DNA from: an uncultured Prevotellaceae bacterium
GTDB taxonomy: Bacteria; Bacteroidota; Bacteroidia; Bacteroidales; Bacteroidaceae
Length of the DNA stretch: 64,000 nt
Assembly: GCA_902799905.1 (NCBI GenBank)
Contig: CADCCB010000002.1
Span: 36,810 to 100,809, forward strand
Reading direction: 5' to 3'
A program made the translations under genes and the position numbers. The notes below the pieces were generated by a model, which did not search any database, was not told the origin of the DNA, and was given only the letters and a program-made list of their open reading frames with translations. Positions 58,735-64,000 of this stretch are shown one piece after another; within the stretch, counting starts at the first letter, position 1; the number at the start of each line of letters is the position of its first letter.

Positions 58735-60579
58735 TTACTTCTTTATTATTTCCTCGAATGCGTTCACCAACTCTTCTACTACGAAAGGCTGGCCCTTTAC
58801 TTGATTGAACTGATAGGGTACGAAGCCGTCGACCTTCATGCGGAGGTAAGCAGCAAGTTGACCCATGTTCTGTTCGGCTACTACCACCTTCTTATATTTT
58901 GTAAGTACGGCAGCAGTGTTCTTGGGCAGCGGGTTCAGGTACTTGAAGTGGGTCTGTGCCACCTTGTAGCCCTTAGCACGAAGTTCGTCCATAGCCGAGC
59001 GCAGGTGACCGTAGGTAGAGCCGAAGCCAACAATCAGCAGGTCAGCATCGGCATCGCCATCGACTTCGAGGTCGGGCACCTGAATGTTGGCAATCTTCTG
59101 CTGGCGCAGACGAGTCATTAAATCGTGGTTCTCAGGATTGGTAGAGATAGCACCAGTATTGGAGTCCTTCTCCAGTCCACCCAGGATGTGAGCAAAGCCC
59201 TCGCGACCAGGCACGGCCCAGTAACGGGTACCGTTCTCGGCACGCATATATGGTGTCCACTTGCCCTTCAGTTCCTCAGGAACGTATGGAGGATTGATGG
59301 GATCGAGGTTAGCCATCTCAGGCAGTTTGAAAGCACCAGAGCCATTGGCTACAAAGGCATCGGTGAGCAGAACGACGGGAGTCATGTGCTCAAGAGCGAT
59401 CTTGGCGGCCTGATAAGCGGCGTCAAAGCAGTCGGTAGGACTGACGGCAGCCATCACCGGCATGGGACTCTCACCGTTACGACCGAAGAGGGCCTGCAGC
59501 AAGTCTGTCTGCTCTGACTTCGTGGGCAGACCCGTGGCTGGACCGCCACGCTGCACGTCGAGTACAACCAGAGGCAACTCCATGATGACAGCGAGGTTCA
59601 TGGCCTCAGACTTCAGGCAGATGCCAGGACCTGAGGTGGAAGTGACGCCAAGGGCACCTGCAAACGATGCTCCTAAGGCAGAGGCACAACCGCTGATCTC
59701 GTCCTCACACTGAACGGTGATAACACCACAAGACTTGTGCTTTGAGAGTTCATGGAGCACATCGGTGGCAGGGGTGATAGGATAAGAACCGAGGTAAAGT
59801 TTCAATCCAGCCTTCTCAGCAGCAGCAATGAAACCATAGGCTGTGGCCTTGTTACCTGTGATATCCATATAGCGTCCAGGCACTTTCTCCTTAGACTCCA
59901 CACGATAGACGTTAACCGTCGACGAGTGGGTGTTGTGACCGTAGTCGTAGCCAGCCTGGATGACCTTGATGTTGGCCTCGGCAATGGCGGGCTTCTTAGC
60001 AAACTTTTCACGAAGGAAGTTGGCCACAAGGTTCAGGTCGCGGTCGAAGAGCCAGCAGACGAGACCCAGCGCAAACATGTTGCGGCACTTCATCATCGCC
60101 TTCATGTCCATGCCGCTGTCGGCCAAACAGTCTTTAACCATCGTGGTCAGCGGGCACTGGATGACGCGGTCGGGATCGATGTTCATCTCGCCGAGATAGT
60201 CCTCGGTCTGGAACTGGGCTTTCTCCAGGTCCTTGGGTCCAAAGGAGTCTGTGTCGATGATAATCGTAGCACCAGGCTTAGCATAGCGATACTGCGTCTT
60301 CAGCGCAGCAGCGTTCATGGCCACCAGCACGTCGCACTTGTCGCCAGGGGTGTAAACCTTACCGGCACCGATGTGCACCTGGAAGCCAGAGACACCTGTC
60401 AGCGATCCTTGCGGGGCGCGGATGTCGGCAGGATAGTCGGGGAATGTGGAAATGCCATTGCCAACGGTGGCACTGACAGTCGAAAAGATGTTTCCGGCCA
60501 ACTGCATACCATCGCCGGAGTCTCCTGAAAAACGCACGACCACTTGGTCGAGTTCCTTCACTTCAAGTTGTTCAGCCAT
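58735..60579 (-). CDS. korA: 2-oxoacid:ferredoxin oxidoreductase alpha subunit
   Basis: SGDSGDG, YPITPAT, EDEI, TSGPG, QRGGPATGLPTK. Confidence 0.93.
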   Translation of the reverse strand: MAEQLEVKELDQVVVRFSGDSGDGMQLAGNIFSTVSATVGNGISTFPDYPADIRAPQGSLTGVSGFQVHIGAGKVYTPGDKCDVLVAMNAAALKTQYRYAKPGATIIIDTDSFGPKDLEKAQFQTEDYLGEMNIDPDRVIQCPLTTMVKDCLADSGMDMKAMMKCRNMFALGLVCWLFDRDLNLVANFLREKFAKKPAIAEANIKVIQAGYDYGHNTHSSTVNVYRVESKEKVPGRYMDITGNKATAYGFIAAAEKAGLKLYLGSYPITPATDVLHELSKHKSCGVITVQCEDEISGCASALGASFAGALGVTSTSGPGICLKSEAMNLAVIMELPLVVLDVQRGGPATGLPTKSEQTDLLQALFGRNGESPMPVMAAVSPTDCFDAAYQAAKIALEHMTPVVLLTDAFVANGSGAFKLPEMANLDPINPPYVPEELKGKWTPYMRAENGTRYWAVPGREGFAHILGGLEKDSNTGAISTNPENHDLMTRLRQQKIANIQVPDLEVDGDADADLLIVGFGSTYGHLRSAMDELRAKGYKVAQTHFKYLNPLPKNTAAVLTKYKKVVVAEQNMGQLAAYLRMKVDGFVPYQFNQVKGQPFVVEELVNAFEEIIKK

Positions 60580-60598
60580 AACTTGTATTAAATATGTG

Positions 60599-62104
60599 TT
60601 ATTTGTTGAGTTTCCATGTTACACCGTCTTTGGTGTCCTTGACCTCGAAGCCCGCTGCAGCAAGTGCATCGCGAATCTGATCGCTGGTGGCCCAGTCCTT
60701 GGCTGCCTTGGCCTTGGCGCGGAGTTCGAGAACCATATCAACGACCTTGCCAAAGGCTTCCTCGCGAGCGTTGCCGCCATTGACCATTGAACATTGACCA
60801 TTGACCATTGAGAGTCCTAGGATGTCTTCGACAAAGAGATGCATGGTCTCTGAGAGTTCCTTCAGGCAGTCAGCGCAAATAGTGGCCTTGTGGTCAACAA
60901 GTTTGTTGACGACGGTGCAAGCCTCAAAGAGATAACTCAGCACGAGAGGCGTAGCAAGGTCATCGTTCATGGCGTCATAGCACTTCTGACGAAGGGCTTT
61001 TACTACTTTCTCTGTCTCAGGGTCGCATTCAGACGAAATCTGAACGCGCTCTAAGTCGCTGATGGCGTTCATCAGTTTCTCGTAACCCTTCTCGGCAGCC
61101 TGAAGAGCCTCGTTAGAGAAGTCGACAGTGCCACGATAATGCGCACTCAATACGAAGAAACGGATGGTCATGGGTGAGTAGGCCTTCTCCAACAACGGAT
61201 GGTTACCTGTGAAGAACTGCTCCAGAGTAATGAAATTGTTATATGACTTACCCATCTTCTGTCCGTTGATGGTCAGCATATTGTTGTGCATCCAGTACTT
61301 CACGGCCTGATGACCCATAGAGGCGACAGCCTGCGCAATCTCGCACTCATGATGGGGGAATATCAGATCCATGCCACCACCATGAATATCGAACTGCTCA
61401 CCAAGATACTTACGACCCATCGCCGTGCACTCGCAATGCCAGCCAGGGAAACCATCGCTCCAGGGCGACGGCCAGCGCATGATATGCTCAGGCTGGGCTT
61501 TCTTCCACAGGGCAAAGTCTGCCTGATTACGCTTCTCGCCCACACCAGCCAGTTCGCGGCTCTCGTCCTTGATGTTCTCCAACGAACGTCCGGAAAGGAT
61601 GCCGTACTGGAATTTCTTATTATACGCCTCGATATCGAAGTAGATTGACCCGTTGCTCTCGTAGGCAAATCCGTTGTCAAGAATCTGCTGCACCAGTTGC
61701 TGCTGCTCGATGATATGACCTGTGGCATGGGGCTCGATAGACGGACGCAGCACGTTCAGCGCATCCATATACTGATGGTACCGGTTGGTATAGTACTGGG
61801 CTATCTCCATTGGCTCCAACTGCTCCAGACGGGCCTTCTTGGCTATCTTGTCCTCGCCTTCATCGGCATCGTGCTCCAGATGGCCCACATCCGTGATGTT
61901 ACGCACATAGCGCACCTTATAACCTAAATGCTTCAGGTAACGGAACACTAAATCGAATGTGATGGCGGGACGGGCATGACCCAGATGGGGGTCGCCATAG
62001 ACGGTGGGGCCGCAAACATACATACCCACATGAGGAGCATTGATTGGTTCGAAACGCTCTTTCTGGCGCGTTAAGGTGTTGTAAATGACCAGTTTAGAAT
62101 CCAT
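60599..62104 (-). CDS. cysS: Cysteine--tRNA ligase
   Basis: CGPTVY..HLGH, DFALWK, GWHCEC, HGGG.DL.FPHHE.E, KMGKS. Confidence 0.97.
   Translation of the reverse strand: MDSKLVIYNTLTRQKERFEPINAPHVGMYVCGPTVYGDPHLGHARPAITFDLVFRYLKHLGYKVRYVRNITDVGHLEHDADEGEDKIAKKARLEQLEPMEIAQYYTNRYHQYMDALNVLRPSIEPHATGHIIEQQQLVQQILDNGFAYESNGSIYFDIEAYNKKFQYGILSGRSLENIKDESRELAGVGEKRNQADFALWKKAQPEHIMRWPSPWSDGFPGWHCECTAMGRKYLGEQFDIHGGGMDLIFPHHECEIAQAVASMGHQAVKYWMHNNMLTINGQKMGKSYNNFITLEQFFTGNHPLLEKAYSPMTIRFFVLSAHYRGTVDFSNEALQAAEKGYEKLMNAISDLERVQISSECDPETEKVVKALRQKCYDAMNDDLATPLVLSYLFEACTVVNKLVDHKATICADCLKELSETMHLFVEDILGLSMVNGQCSMVNGGNAREEAFGKVVDMVLELRAKAKAAKDWATSDQIRDALAAAGFEVKDTKDGVTWKLNK
60777..60811. repeat. Five heptamers (CCATTGA) inside the cysS coding sequence
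   Basis: Translate to [12 protein letters not shown]. Confidence 0.9.
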
Positions 62105-62210
62105 AATAAACGCCTTTATATTTGAATATGGGTGCAAAGGTACAAAATAATTCATAATTCTGCACCCAAAATCAAAAATATTTCGTACCTTTGCACCGCA
62201 AAAAGGTTTT

Positions 62211-62282
62211 GCCCTGATAGTTAAATGGATATAACAAGGCTCTCCTAAAGCTTAGTTCCGAGTTCGATTCTCGGTCGGGGTA
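62211..62282 (+). tRNA. tRNA-Arg(CCT)
   Basis: Acceptor GCCCTGA/TCGGGGT, anticodon arm AGGCT-CTCCTAA-AGCTT, GTTCGATTC; promoter TACCTTTG at 62186-62193, divergent from the cysS promoter at 62135-62142. Confidence 0.9.
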
Positions 62283-62398
62283 CTTAGAAAACCTCCATGT
62301 GTGTTTTATCTTTCTTCCTCTTGGTATTCACTATCCCAAAAGCAGATAGGGAGCCATTTCGCGAATGAAGCCATCCCGCCGCCTCTTGCGGAATCATA

Positions 62399-62433
62399 AA
62401 AAAAAGATGTACGCGCCCGCAGGTGCGTACATC
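62399..62433 (-). terminator. Intrinsic terminator after secDF
   Basis: GATGTACGC/GCGTACATC stem followed on the minus strand by a T-run. Confidence 0.75.
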
Positions 62434-62455
62434 GTCTTTATATTATGATATATGC

Positions 62456-64000
62456 TTAGTTGGCAAGTTTAGTATCTACGCCCACTTCCTCCTTGCGATC
62501 TTTCTTGCTCATGGTCAGATAAGCAGTAGGAGCAGCAACGAAGATTGACGACAGGGTACCGAAGATCACACCGAGGATCATGGCGAAGGCGAACGAGCGG
62601 ATGCTGTCGCCACCCAGGAAGAAGATGGTGAGCAACACAATAAGTGTTGTCACAGAGGTGTTGATGGTACGAGCCAGCGTCTGGTTCAGCGAATCGTTGA
62701 ACAGAGTCTTGCGGTCGCGCTTGCTATAGAGGTTGATATTCTCACGGATACGGTCGAACACCACCACCTTATCGTTGATAGAATAACCTATCACAGTCAG
62801 AATAGCACCAATGAAGGTCTGGTCTACCTCAAGTGACCAAGGCACGATGTGGTGCAGCAGCGAGTAGAAGCCAATCACGATAAGAGCATCGAAGCCCAGG
62901 GCAACGATTGAGCCAATAGAGAAGGCCACGTTGCGGAAACGGAGCAGGATGTAGAGGAAGATGGCAATAAGGGCGAGAATCACACTGATGATAGCACCAC
63001 GCGTGATGGTCTTAGCCACAGAGGGACCCACCTTAGAAGACTCGATGATAGAGCCACCCTCACGGACATCAGGATTCTTGAACGACTCGACACTCTCCTG
63101 AGAAATCAGGCCGGCATTCTTCAACGTGTTGTAGAGGATATCCTCTGCCTGGTCGTCAACTTCAGGATTGTTGGACTTGATCTTCCAGTTGGTAGAGACA
63201 CGAACGGTCTTATCAGAAGAGGCACCCAGAGCGATAACACTAGTGTAGGCCACCTTGCCTTCATCCTCGACGAAGACATTGCTTACCACTTCACGAACCT
63301 GCTCGACAGGTACTTCTTTGTCCAAAGTCAGCACATAGTTGCGACCACCTGTGAAGTCGATGCTCTGATCGAGACCACGTAAAGCAAAACTAGCGATAAA
63401 GACGATGGCTGCAATACCCCAGATGGTATAGGACATCTTGTACTTGCCCATGAAGTTGAAGTGTGTGTTCTGCATGAGGTTCTTCGACAGAGGAGTAGAG
63501 AACGTGAGTTTCTGCCACTTGTCGTGTTTCATGCGGTTGTCGTAGACCAGACGGGTCATGAACACAGCGGTGAAGAACGATACACAGATACCGATGATCA
63601 GCGTGGTGGCGAAACCACGGATAGGACCAGTACCGAAGACATAGAGGATGACACCAGTAATCAACGAAGTCAAGTTAGAGTCGAAGATAGCGGAGAAGGC
63701 GTTAGCATAACCCTGATTAAGGGCTTCCTTGATGTTAAGACCCTTGCGGAGTTCCTCTTTTGTACGTTCATAAATCAGCACGTTAGCATCAACAGCCGTA
63801 CCCAGCGTCAGCACGATACCAGCGATACCAGGCATGGTCAATGCGGCCTGGAACGAAGTAAGAATACCCAACGTGAAGAAGAGGTTGAACAGCAGGGCAC
63901 AGTTGGCCAGCATACCAGGAATCCAGTTGTAGAGCAGCACCATCACAATCATCAGCAACAGGAAAGCGACGATGAACGAGATGACACCCTGCTGGATAGA
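62456..64000 (-). CDS. secDF: Protein translocase SecDF fusion, C-terminal part (5' end outside the window)
   Basis: AVDANVLIYER, IDFTGG, VGPSVA, GYSINDKVVVFDRIREN, RTINTS. Confidence 0.95.
   Translation of the reverse strand, partial: SIQQGVISFIVAFLLLMIVMVLLYNWIPGMLANCALLFNLFFTLGILTSFQAALTMPGIAGIVLTLGTAVDANVLIYERTKEELRKGLNIKEALNQGYANAFSAIFDSNLTSLITGVILYVFGTGPIRGFATTLIIGICVSFFTAVFMTRLVYDNRMKHDKWQKLTFSTPLSKNLMQNTHFNFMGKYKMSYTIWGIAAIVFIASFALRGLDQSIDFTGGRNYVLTLDKEVPVEQVREVVSNVFVEDEGKVAYTSVIALGASSDKTVRVSTNWKIKSNNPEVDDQAEDILYNTLKNAGLISQESVESFKNPDVREGGSIIESSKVGPSVAKTITRGAIISVILALIAIFLYILLRFRNVAFSIGSIVALGFDALIVIGFYSLLHHIVPWSLEVDQTFIGAILTVIGYSINDKVVVFDRIRENINLYSKRDRKTLFNDSLNQTLARTINTSVTTLIVLLTIFFLGGDSIRSFAFAMILGVIFGTLSSIFVAAPTAYLTMSKKDRKEEVGVDTKLAN

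Overview
This is 64 kb of a Bacteroidota chromosome, almost certainly Prevotellaceae, based on TAnnTTTG promoters, SusC/SusD genes, T9SS-type C-terminal tails and gene order. Most of it is housekeeping: rsmI, tdk, metF-holB-PSP1-gldH, purH(N)-mreBCD-mrdA-rodA, tyrS/yidD/rnpA/hemD/metK, korAB, cysS, secDF and three tRNAs (Lys, Gln, Arg). The accessory parts are: (1) a ~2.7-kb cassette (DUF6078-like gene, a 22-bp-period palindrome array, then a VirE_N/VapE helicase-like gene) bounded by ~74-bp imperfect terminal inverted repeats that are themselves hairpins, with no transposase or integrase; this is the best candidate for an undescribed element; (2) a gene-less relative of that architecture next to tRNA-Gln; (3) a hicAB-only islet flanked by a 13-bp duplication of the tRNA-Lys 3' end; (4) a ~21-kb CAZyme-free and regulator-free tandem SusC/SusD locus with three fasciclin lipoproteins and a large triple-repeat secreted protein; (5) many 7-, 8- and 9-nt simple repeats at gene junctions, some of them recruited into coding sequence (CysRS linker, SusD signal peptide, several stop codons). 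All family assignments come from recognising motifs by eye; no database search was run.
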